64,000 bases of DNA. It comes from Lepidodermella squamata (taxonomy: Eukaryota; Animalia; Gastrotricha). Below the pieces are notes generated by a model. It saw nothing but the letters and a program-made list of their open reading frames with translations, was not told the origin of the DNA and searched no databases. Shown piece after piece: positions 1-11,442 of the stretch (positions are counted from its first letter, which is position 1; each line of letters opens with the position of its first letter). The DNA is taken from NCBI GenBank assembly GCA_047495785.1, contig JBLDXI010000020.1, positions 2,480,001 through 2,544,000 on the forward strand, in the 5' to 3' direction. The translations under genes and the position numbers were made by a program.

Positions 1-47
1 TACACCCACTTGTAACACTGATTTTGAACTTGTGAATTTATTTTTAG

Positions 48-555
48 GCATCTTTGTTCATCACAGCGGCGAACCAAGAGGAGAAGGCATCGAGCTCAAT
101 GGCTTGCGTAACAGCTTATTACTTCATAGAAATCCTGTTTTTCGATCTCAGCCCGGTTTCATCTGACGGCATTCCCGTTATTTGCATTTTCTTCACATTT
201 CACACGTTCTTTGCACTGTTCACGTGCTTCATGGCCGCTCGTCTGATTCACTACGCCGAGATGGTCGAAGAGCACGAAAAAAAAGACGAGGAAGAGGAGC
301 ATGCTGTCAAGGAACATAAGAAATACGAGGTCAAGATCAAATATCGAAGCCCCGAGTTCTACAACGACCTGTAAGCAACTTTTCGCAAAAATTGGTAGTT
401 TACATTTAATTTCTTTTTCCAGATGCTTGCTGCTTTACGTTGGCATTATTCTGGTGTCTTATGTGGTTGTTTTCGCTTATCTGCCTATCAAGTCGAACAG
501 TGTCAAGTCAGACTATTCCAGCACCTACAAGACGCCAGTGGTTGCAGCCGAATGA
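48..555 (+). CDS. 3' part of an unidentified multi-pass membrane protein gene (5' exons outside the window)
   Basis: Acceptor TTTTTAG at 41-47, exon 48-370, GTAAGC..TTCCAG intron 371-422, exon 423-555 joins in frame. Hydrophobic segments flank an acidic/charged loop (EEHEKKDEEEEH). Confidence 0.6.
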
Positions 556-1124
556 AAATAATCGATTGAACCAATTTTTTTGTTTGCACGCTTCTCAATT
601 TCTTGTGATTGAGCCTAAACATGTTCGCCAATTTACTCGAATAAATGTTGGGGAGCTCCGAGCGGAACGCGTATCGCATGTGAAATATGGATGGGTATAT
701 TAGTAAAACTTTCGAAGAACAGATCGGCTACTAGATTTCGTAAAATTAAGGTAGCTTATTGGTGAAATCGCGGCTAACTGCGAAGACCAAAGTTCTACAC
801 CAGAACCACATTCTGCAAATTTAGCGTTGAAATCTTAAGCTGGACATTTTTAAGCGATTATTCAAGTCTAATTTGAAGTTTGAAAATAGTGTTTCGTCAG
901 ATAAATCGAACGTGATAAAAGTTTAAAAAAAGTCAGTTTCCAGTTAGTTATTTTATTCAAATTTATAACTAGCTGACTAACAAACCAGCACTTAAAATAA
1001 AATGATTAGCACTAAGTTCCAACTACAATAATCGGTTAACGATGTTAACAAAGTCTTTTAGCGAGTCTCTTTCCAAGAAATGTCTGCGTTGACTGGGTAG
1101 TTTAGGACCCTGGAGAAGCGCCAG

Positions 1125-3009
1125 TTATCTGCCATGGCCATAGTGATGCGATCGTGACCGCGGGCTGCGTGATCTCGATCGATAACTGCGCGAATTCGAG
1201 TTCGAATGGCCTCCATTGCTGCGACGGTAGTCGTTGGAACGTCTCGTTGATCGGGATCGTGAGCGGGATGAAGCCGAAGAAACTGATGAGCTGCTGCTCC
1301 ATGATGAGTCGCTGCTTGAATCGACGGATGACGCGTACGAGTCACTGGACGATGACGAACTCGACGAAGAATCAGAAGCATAACCTCCCGGAAAGTAGTT
1401 GGTCACAGACTAAAAAGAAGAATCATAACAAATCAAATTAAATAACGTAATTTCAATTTTTCGATTCGGTGAGCAGCCAAGCAGCCAAACAAAAAAGGTC
1501 CCTCGATATTTTCCTCAATTCTAAGGCTTTTCCTAATTTTGCATCAACCAGAAATTTCGGAATTGTTCTATATTTGACCCTAAATCAGAATTCACAAGTC
1601 AGTCTCATTTGCCAATGTTAGGATTCTTGCATTGCGATGAATATTTTCAAGCAAAATGTCGAAGACTTCGCGCCTCACGAGTTCAAACACTTTCACATTC
1701 CTATACCAAAAATTATTTGAAATATTAGAAATTAGCTAGTTACATTGGGATTTTCGTAAATTTTGAGAGCGACTTCTGCCATTTCTGGCCGAACGATTTG
1801 CAACGCCTTGAGCCATTTACGCGCTAAAATTGGTCGATTTTTCACGGCATGCGCAAAAACGGTAGAAAAATTGCCCGGACTAGCAAAATTCTGCGTCACC
1901 GCCACAGTTGTATCCAAATTTAGGACAACGTGCCACCAGCCAGACGGCACGAATACCGTTTCGCCCGGGTGCTGCACAAAGTGAACTGGCTTGAACTCGG
2001 CCGGCCAGTCCTCGGCAAGAGTCCGCGGGTAAACATGCTTAAACCACGTTATCGCCTCGCCTCGGTTTCGCCACGCCTCAGATCGTTTTGGTTTAACGAG
2101 TTCGCGATCGGCCCCGGGCGGGATTAACGCCCATCTTTTACATCCAACAACCAGGGCATTCCAAGCCGATGTCCCGAGTGGGTCAATATGGATGCCGGTA
2201 CCACTTCGAGCCGGTCCGATGACAATCCAGCGATGGGGAGGGCGTTTCCGCTCGCCGGCATATCGCAGCAGGTCGTCTTGAAAAAACGCCGGAACTTCGT
2301 AGTCTTCCAACAACTTTTTCTTCTTACGATGCTAAATTGAGAAAGAAAAATCACAGATATCAAAATGTGATAATTGCCTCTTACTGAGTAGTTTCGTCAG
2401 AGCCTGAGTGATTATATCACAAGTAAAAATAATAAAAACGCGAAAAAAACGATTTGATTTAATTACCTCGCCGAACCTGGAATCGAAAATGTATAGCGGG
2501 CTGTCGTCTTTTGTGTTATGCATGTACTCTGCGTAATATTTGAACGTCATTTTCACAGAATCTCCAGAATCGTCCTCGCCGACTTTGAAAGGTTGGTTTC
2601 GATATTTTTTAGTCAATCTCTGAATCACAAAAGATTATTTTTTCCACCTTAAAATTGTCAGTTATCTACTCACTTCAATTGTCCAGCGATCATTTGCAAG
2701 CCACGAGTCTTGGGTGTGAAGCAGGATAACAGGTTTCCCCATTCCACTTTCGAAGCGGGATCGAAATTCTTCGACCGTGATTGTTCGAGCATCAATTCGT
2801 TCAATCGCGTCCGGTTCTTCGACCATGAATTTTTCCAATGGGAAATTATCGGCGAAATCGTGGTAAGTCCAGCCTCCAGCGATTCGAGACAGCTCAGACC
2901 TCGCATCTTCCTTAGCTCGCCGGATAACTCGGTTAACACGTCGTTTTTCCATCTCGCGACGACGAAGCCGTCGCTTCTTCCGGCCGTCAGAATTCATTGT
3001 ATTTGGCAT
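1125..3009 (-). CDS. JMJD6: JmjC-domain arginine demethylase / lysyl hydroxylase JMJD6
   Basis: Exons 3009-2674, 2619-2467, 2331-1744, 1409-1125 with GT-AG introns. Motifs [62 protein letters not shown]; poly-Ser tail ([10 protein letters not shown]) as in JMJD6. Confidence 0.95.
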
Positions 3010-3434
3010 TTTTACGCAAATTAACCTAAAATATATTAAAAATTTTAATACTATGCACCAAGCATCACAGTATTTATTATTGAATCGGCGCGTAAAAAGC
3101 TGACAAATAATATCGAAGTAATTCACGTCTTGCACAGCGCAGCGCTCGATTTCAATCTAAATGAATATATATATTCCAGGTGAGCGATTGGTATTTTCTT
3201 TTAATATTATATATCGAAGCAATAACAATAGTAATAATGTTTTCGGCACAACAAAAAAATAACCGGATTTTTTTCCATCTCATCAGCAATATGCACGGGG
3301 GTGAGGTCCAGCTAAATCGGCTCTAAACGGCCATTGCTTGATTTTACAATTATAACTCAAAAATAAGTAAACAACATTTTCGTATCGGAAGAGCATCGAC
3401 TCAGAAAATTGTCATCATTCTTTCTAGTTCTCGC

Positions 3435-3453
3435 TTTCTCTCTCTCTCTCTCT
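3435..3453. repeat. short (CT)n/(AG)n microsatellite just past the GBE1 stop
   Basis: ttctctctctctctctct seen directly. Confidence 0.8.
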
Positions 3454-3455
3454 GC

Positions 3456-6195
3456 CTAACTGACCGGGGCAGCTTTCGGAGGCGTGTTAGCGACAATTGG
3501 TTCGCCGACTGGGGCGAAAACCACGGCAGTACGAGTGGGTAGGTAGATCTGCGTTGAGAACGGGCGACCGTCCCACGGTTCCCCAGCTGTGTAGTGTGTC
3601 TCAGCGGCTCCAGGCAACAGCCGGCCATGACCGCCGAATCGCTTTTCGTCCGAATCTAGGACGATGCGGTAATCCTGGCGAGTTGGAAGCCCGATTTTGA
3701 AGTCGGAAAACGACTGGTTGTTATTGAAATTGAAGGCGAATACGAGACCAGCGCGCTCGAATACGACGACTTTGTCTGCGTTGTGCTTCTTGCTGACGTA
3801 GTGACCATCAGCTCGCAGCCAGCCGTACTTATCTTCAAGAGCGTTCATTGCGCAATCGAATTCGTTCAAATACTAAATTTAATCATTTTTGATTATATTT
3901 AAAGAAATTCAGGCCAATATCAAACCTTGTAACGAAGATTGGGATCGTCAACCAAGTTCCATTGACGACGGGCGTAGTGATACGACGAATTGTTACCAGC
4001 TCGAGGGAAATCCAGCCATTCAGGGTGGCCGAATTCGTTACCGATGAAATTCAAATAACCCTCACCGCCAAGAGCGTGAGTCATTAAGCGAATCATCTGA
4101 AGATTTCGGAATTAGAACCAATTAGGCTTCGATATTTCTACGCAAATTTACCTTGTGAAAAGCAATGCCGCGATCGATGACCGGGTTCATCGGAGAGTTA
4201 TCGCCCATGTTCCAATACATGTCAGCATCCATTAGCCAAAATGCGATTGTTTTGTCACCGACCAAAGCCTGATAACCAACAAATCAACAATTTAAGCATT
4301 GAAAAAATGCAATAATAAAAGAATCCTCCTTAGTAAAAATTTACGAATTTCTCAAAATCCGAGCTGCGAAAACTTCAGCCGGAATAGAAACGGGTCCGAA
4401 AATTCAGGTTCCAGCACTGAATTCAAGCGGCTTGGAACCAATTTTTCAGACCCATAGATGACCCTCACAACTCAAGAATTTTCATTTTAGGTATCTGGTG
4501 CCATCAGCTAGGTAGAAACGCATTCAAGACTTCTAATATCGGAAAAATCAATTATTTGTAAATCAATAATTGGAATCAATATCGGCCAGTAGTAAAATAA
4601 TTGTAATTTATTTTAGATTCTTAATTTGATATCCCAAGGAAGACTTAAAAACCTAATTTTGGGAAAATTTTAGCTGGAACCCAAATTTAGTGCGTCTACT
4701 TTCAATAAAAACCTCGCTAGCGAACTTCTGGTTGGTAAAACAACGGTTTGACCATTCATTTTTCGAAAAATACCTGGTCGTGGCATTCGGCATACGCAAT
4801 GTGGCGTTCACCATAACGACGATTGATCAGAGCCCAAACCAGCTCATCCATATTCCAATCTTCATCCCGCTTATCGCGCAAATACTTGATCCAAATATCG
4901 GGAATGGCCATAGCGAGACGGTAATCGAACCCAATACCACCCTCAGAAACAGAACGGCAGAGACCAGGCATTCCAGACACATCTTCAGCAACCGTGACCA
5001 TAAACGGGTATGACTTATGCAAAATTTCATTCGCCAACATGAGGTAGACAACGGAATCAGTGTCGGTATTCAACGAGAAATACTCATCGTAATGGCCAGA
5101 AAAGCCGTGGCCAACGCCATGAGTGTGGTACAACATCGAGGTAACACCATCAAAACGGAAACCATCGAAATGGTACTCGTCAACCCACCAACGCAAGTTG
5201 GACAACAAAAATCGAAGAACTTCAGGCTGCGAGTAGTCGAAAAGGCGAGAATCCCACAACGAATGAGTACCCTTCGGGCCAGAATGGAAGAAACACGCAT
5301 CAGTACCGTCGAATTCGTTCAAGCCATCGAGAGTATTTTTCGACGCATGCGAGTGAACAACGTCCAAAAACACCATGATGCCCATACCATGAGCTTTGTC
5401 AATCAAATACTTCAACTCATCCGGGGTACCGTAACGGCTACTCGCGGCGAAGAAGCTTGTGATTTGATAGCCGAAAGACGCGTAATACGCATGTTCCATA
5501 ATCGCCATCAGCTGAACAGCATTGTAGCCAAGACGGCGAATTCGAGGCAAGACGTTGTCGGCAAATTCGCGGTAGGTCGCAACTCGACCTTCAGCCGATG
5601 CAATACCTACGTGAGCCTCGTAGATTCTTAAACTGCCCGTTTGTTTCGGGCGCTGGTTTTTGAACTCGAATTTCTCCTCCGGATTCCAGAAAACGTGTTC
5701 GTAAATCGTTGAGGATTTTGAGCAGGTTACGTAACTCGCCCACGGGTCGATGCGGTCCAAAGTTTCACCGTTGTGATTACGAACAGCCAACTTAATAACT
5801 GTTCCATGAGCAATCGGACATTTGCCATTCGGAAGCGCCGGGATATCAAGCACCCATTTCCCGAACTCTTTCGCGGTAAAACGGTATTTCTCATCAATAG
5901 CCCAGTTGTTGAAATCGCCACGCAGGTAGATTTCCTTAGCGCCTGGAGCCCAGATGCAGCAATGGATTGAATTATTGTCCATTTTCTTGATGCCATAACG
6001 CTTGTAGGACTGGGTGAAAGCATCAACGCCGCCTTCCCAGTTCTGAATGGTCTTCAGGTAGTTTTCGAAAACGCCGTAGCGACGACGAATTTCTTTCTCG
6101 TAGCTCTTCAAGTAACCATCTACTTTCATCAGGTTGTCGATATGCGGCACTTGGACTTGCATGCCGTCTAGTGTGAAAGCTGCGAATGAATCCAT
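3456..6195 (-). CDS. GBE1: 1,4-alpha-glucan branching enzyme (GH13)
   Basis: Exons 6195-4774, 4268-4152, 4096-3926, 3872-3456. Motifs [59 protein letters not shown]|[23 protein letters not shown]. Confidence 0.97.
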
Positions 6196-6361
6196 GTTTA
6201 TCAATAAACAAAAAATATAGAATCTAGAAAGATTTAAAATCGTAATTTCATTTTCAAATTTCAGAATTAATACTCAAAAATAATCACCAATAAAGTCACT
6301 ATTTGGGTTAGTCGAAAAATCTCAACAATGATCTACCCGATAGAAAAATATCGTGAATAAA

Positions 6362-8285
6362 CTACAAAGTGGCTGACAAGCTCCATTCATCCGGGTTATC
6401 ACCAGAAATTCTGAGCAGTTGAGAATGAAATTTAGCTAGCCGCTCTGGGCGATGAGCTATGGTAACTAGTGTAATATCAGCTGCTTGGCAGGCTTCGAAC
6501 ATTCGTTGCTCGTATTCGGCGTCCAAACTACTTGTCGGCTCGTCGACGAAGGCAATCAAAGGCGAGTGAAATAGCAATCTTGCAAACATGAATCGTTGAA
6601 TTTCTCCAGGGCTCATAACGTCGCTCAGCGTTGCGGGTGAGCCGCCGGTATTTTGGGTCGATATGCCGTTCTGATTTATAGCAAACACTCGATCTTCAAG
6701 ACCAACGATTTGCAGGACATTTCTCATCAGCTGCTCATCAGCAGGTGACAGGTCACTCTTTAAACTAGGGAAGACAATGTTATCTGCAACCGTTCCCACG
6801 GTTAGATAGGGCGTTTGAGGAAGAAAAAGGCAGTCGATCATATTACTATCCCCACCAGAATGATCGAAAAATTCATATTCACCCCCGGCCATTGGCCAAA
6901 TTCCAGCCAATGTCCTGAACAAGGACGACTTGCCGCAGCCAGATTTACCCGTGATCAAAATATTGCCACCTTTCTTAATATCCAAAGTAAGATTTCTGAT
7001 CAGGGTTTTCGAGGCAGGCGGAGGGCTTTTCACCGTGAGATTACGCAGCTGCAAGATTAGACTATTATTTGGAACAGCACATTTCCTTTTTCGCGAAAAA
7101 TCGACAACGGTAATGGGTTCTTTGACCATGGGTGCAAGTAGCGGTATACTCTGCTCTTGTTGGTCATAGGCTGTAATCAGCTGGTCGCAATGTTTAGATT
7201 CAGGAGACATGCATTCGACTAGCTGGCCAATACGATGCACAGTCCCCACAAATTCGGTGAATTCATCACTCAGTCCGATCAGAGATGTAAAGCAGAAGAT
7301 CAAATACATGCAAACGAAAGAGTTTTTGCTGACTAGAGCACCAATTTCTGATGGTGTTAAATCTGGGTACCAGCCCTGTTGTAGAGGCATAGCGATGATG
7401 CAATATGTAAGAATTGAGCCGGAATATTGCCAGAACCAAGTAGCCAAATCGACGCAGAAGCGAGATATCGAAAGTCGGTACATCGAAACAATCAAAGTAT
7501 TCAAAGATGAATCTAAAGAAGCTTGCTCATAATAAGCACCAGCTTGACCGTAGAAAGCTCCGCTTTCTGCATTAGATCGTAACATCGAATGCTGAAAAAT
7601 CCAAGTTTTCGCAAATCATTAAAATAGATCCAAGTCATACCTTATGACGGAAGTTTCCTTCCTCTCTTTGCTTGATGAAAACACGTCTACCAGCAATCAC
7701 AACCAAAAATCGATTTATCACAGTGGCGACGATGAAAAATCCGACTATCATGCCAGGCGCAGCCCAGCCTGCTGTGTTAACAGTCTGGAAAGTGTAGTAG
7801 CCAATAGTGAACGGCGATATCAAAATCAACGGCACCATCGTGCTGAACGATGTGCAAAATGCATCAACATCACGAGTGATTCGTTGGTCAACGTTGTCAA
7901 CGGCACTGTCAACGACATTCAAATAACAGAAACTGTTCTTGTTCATATATTTTTCATGCAGCTTCATGGTTATGGCCCTGCGCATTGCAATATTTGCCTG
8001 AAACGCCATGAATTGACCGGCGCTCTTCACAAAGGCCATGGCGACGACGAGGCCAAAACTTTGCAGAGAATAAGTTATAAACTGATTCCAGTCTTGGTCA
8101 ATAAGGATGCGATAGTAGCCACTAGATATCAAGCCGACATAATAAGCAAGCATTTGCTCTATCATTCCAGTCGATAGCACAAATAAAGCGACCCACGCCG
8201 CAATGGTCAGAGAACCATTCGAGAAAAATGCCATTGCCATCGTCAATCGAAGGCGCTTGCAAAACTTTGCGTCGATCTTATCCAT
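6362..8285 (-). CDS. ABCD4: ABC half-transporter subfamily D, ABCD4-like (lysosomal cobalamin exporter)
   Basis: Two exons (intron 7592-7640). Motifs DNVDQRITRDV, EGNFRHK|HSMLRSNAES, Walker A GKSGCGKS, FLPQTPY, signature MSPGE, Walker B FVDEPTS. Lacks the long N-terminal region of ABCD1-3. Confidence 0.88.
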
Positions 8286-9147
8286 TACTGAATTAAAATT
8301 CTAGGAAGTTGCATTAGATACAACAAGTTACAGCTTGGAATGAATCCCAGAGCATTGATCACAAATCGCAAGGCATAAGTCATAAAACATAAAAGGTAAA
8401 GCATTCGCGGCGAAGCAGATCGCCTGCAACCATCTACAGCCTGCATTTCTATAACAGATAACAACCATAGATTTTAACTGTCGTTATATCGAAATTCGTG
8501 AAAGCTTATCTCGCCAGATTTACAAGCCCAATATTATCAAAACTTATGAATGAATCTATTTCCTATGACCTATGCTCTTTAGACTAAGACTTTCTAAATA
8601 AGAGATAACAGATAACATGCCGCATGCCGACGATAGCATTGCGGAAGACTTATACATTGCGGTTATGACCTAGAAAGATCCAGAGCTTGGAAATCACGTG
8701 AGCGTCTAACAACCTTGAATGATATTTTAAATTGATTATTTATATTATGCCAAAACTTATAAAATAATCAAAGCCAAGTTTTGTTTTTTTAGCTTCATTA
8801 GCGACCTTGGCTGGTCCTTCATGGAAGGGTACAGGTACATCAGATCTTTTCTACTGACCAACCCAAGCCCTCTTAAATTACCTGAATTGGGTATCCATCC
8901 ATCCCAATTGCAAATTTGGGTAGTTCCTCCATAACCTTTCTGCTAACAATTAGGATCAAGTTGTACGTGTTGGTCCTTCATTTTATTACCATTTAAGCTG
9001 TCATAACTTGAGAGCCGTTACCTACTGTGTCGTTAGGAATTTTGATTTTATTTGCTAGATGGATTGAAAGCAGCGAGTGAATATAGCAAACAGAAAATTA
9101 ATCAACCCTTGGCTGTGCTACTGCTGGATTGTGGATTGTTAAGAAAC

Positions 9148-10603
9148 ATGGGTAAATTTAGAAACGTGTTCTGCTTGAGTTTCGATTATGGTTCCATGTT
9201 AGGTTCGCACCTCTGCTACGATCCACTTTCGAAAGAGTTCGAATTGATTATGGTCGACGCGCTAACTGTTTACGTCCAAGCTAAAATTGCCGATTCTGAT
9301 CTGCGATTGGACAGATTCTTGCTGGACTAGTAAGATTAGCCTTCGACTGATTGAAATTGTAACGCCTGGTTTTTCATACACTAGCTTTAGAAAGGTTAAA
9401 CTAGGCGAGCATGTCTTCCAACGGTAATAATATCCGGTTAAAGTACCTGCTTTTCAAACGAATTATCTTTCAGAAATTTCGAGTTCATATCTGGAAGCGA
9501 CCACAATAAAAAGATGTTCATATCGCTGTTCTGGAAAACTTACCATCACCTGGTAGGTTATAGGCGCGATAACTTTGGTACGGGCAGCAAAGATTTGGTT
9601 TCTATTTTTTCAGGCCTTTACTCCAGAACCGTTGACCGAGGCCGATTACTTCAATCTCCTGTTATTTCTGTGTCCAGACTTGCCAAGGTCTCTCGTATCG
9701 GCTGCGTTCGCCACAATTACGGTGCCGATAGATGACAAATTATATTTCTCAGATTTTATTTATTCGTTCCAACTGTGCTTCTTCTTCAACGTATTCGTTC
9801 AATCTTTCCGTGAGCAGTTAAGGTTCACGGAACGAATTATGACTAAGGAGAGGGTCATTGATACTGTTGTTGCGGTTCATGCTCAGCTTTCAGCCTCTGG
9901 GAATGTTGCTTTGCCACCGCAGAATGCTTTAAAGGCTGCTTTCGTAAACGTGGAGCTGTTTGAAAATTGGAAAAGCGTACAAGATTGCTTGGTGCGCAAT
10001 GATGGAATCAATAATGCTGTTGGCATTTTGCCTCTGAGATCGACAATGGTAGATCATGACTCGCTAAAATCCGTGATACCGACCGACTGGGGTCGAAAGC
10101 ATCCTATCCAACCTACAATGCTTACTCTGAATACTCACACTACACCACAAGGCCCCATGTATGACAATAGCCAGAGTTCAAACATACTCAAAGGCCTGAC
10201 TTCATCTTTGCCAGCGAGTAATAAGCTATTGAAACGGCCATCGCGGCAACTGAAGTTAGCCGTTCATAGCGCAAGTACGATCACGCAAGATTCTGAACCG
10301 ATGTTCTTATTGGATCAAAGCTCTGTGGCTGAAAACTCATCTAGCACTGGCACCACGCCCAACTTCAACAATGGGACATCTCAACCGCAGCAGTCCAGAT
10401 CGAATGTAAAAGCAGCGAATCGCGCTCGATTGCCTAGCATTCAAGCCAATTCAATCGGATCTGCCAACTCGGGCAACGGGAGTGGTAATGCGAAAATGCA
10501 TATGTCAAATAGCATCCCGTCAAGTCTCAGTTGTCAGGTTTTGGACGAGCAATCGTCTTCCGATGACGCTACTTCAGTTTCATCTGACCCTGACAATGAA
10601 TAA
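9148..10603 (+). CDS. CSTPP1: C11orf49/CSTPP1-like centriolar satellite tubulin polyglutamylase regulator
   Basis: Spliced reading MGSHL..RFLLDY|FRKVKLGEHVFQR|NFEFISGSDHNKKMFISLFWK..EADYFNLLLFLCPDLP..FSDFIYSFQLCFFF matches remembered C11orf49 motifs. Long S/N-rich tail. Start codon uncertain. Confidence 0.72.
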
Positions 10604-11442
10604 TGAACTCGTTGTAATCAGAAATTTCTTCTCCGCACTTTCACCTCCAAGTCAAGTATCAAGTGCAACATGTGATAATTTTCAAAATAAAATGCAATTG
10701 TTCGGTTTATTTTTTTCGCTGATAAATAGCTGAACATTATATCGCAAATACCTGGGATAAGCTGCAGATATTACAACGGCCAACTCAAAATGAATAAGGT
10801 TACAGATTTTCATCAGGGATATGTGGCACAAACATCACACACTAGAACGAGACACCAGACATTTTTCTCAGTTAACCTCATTCGAAAAGCTATCCATCAG
10901 AATAAGTAATGCCGTTAAAACAAGCGAAGTAACGGGATTGAACGTTAAAACTATTTCTCTACAAATTTTCTCCGGAAACTGAGAACCAAACTGACCCGAC
11001 ACACAACACACGAATTCAATAAGAATGATGATTATTTGATTGCACCGTTATCATTACCATAGGATGACTAAAATGGGCCTGATGGCAGTCAGAAAAAATG
11101 CTCTCACATGCTGCGGAATGAAACAAAAATCTGCCGCGTGTTGCTCTAAAAACAATAAGCATCATAGACAAACACGCTAAATTGGCAAGTGACGGTAGTT
11201 TCACCACTGAATGTTGATACATGACAGTAAATAAGATCACATGCCAATCACATCGTCGCGTAAAATCGATTAATGGCTATATCGGTACGTTGAAAAATAA
11301 ATTACCACAAAAAACCGCTCCGTAAAGCTGAGCAGCACTTAAATTAATCGTCATAATATAATCATTTCTTGCAAAGGAATGAAATAAATATCGAAATAGT
11401 AAGACATAAAATAGATTTTGAATACTAGTATTGCACCTTTCT

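Noticed and set aside
1058-1441. Overlapping alternative-frame and antisense ORFs here and throughout dynein, GBE1 and SYNJ
   Set aside because: Shadows of real coding exons, with no independent motifs.
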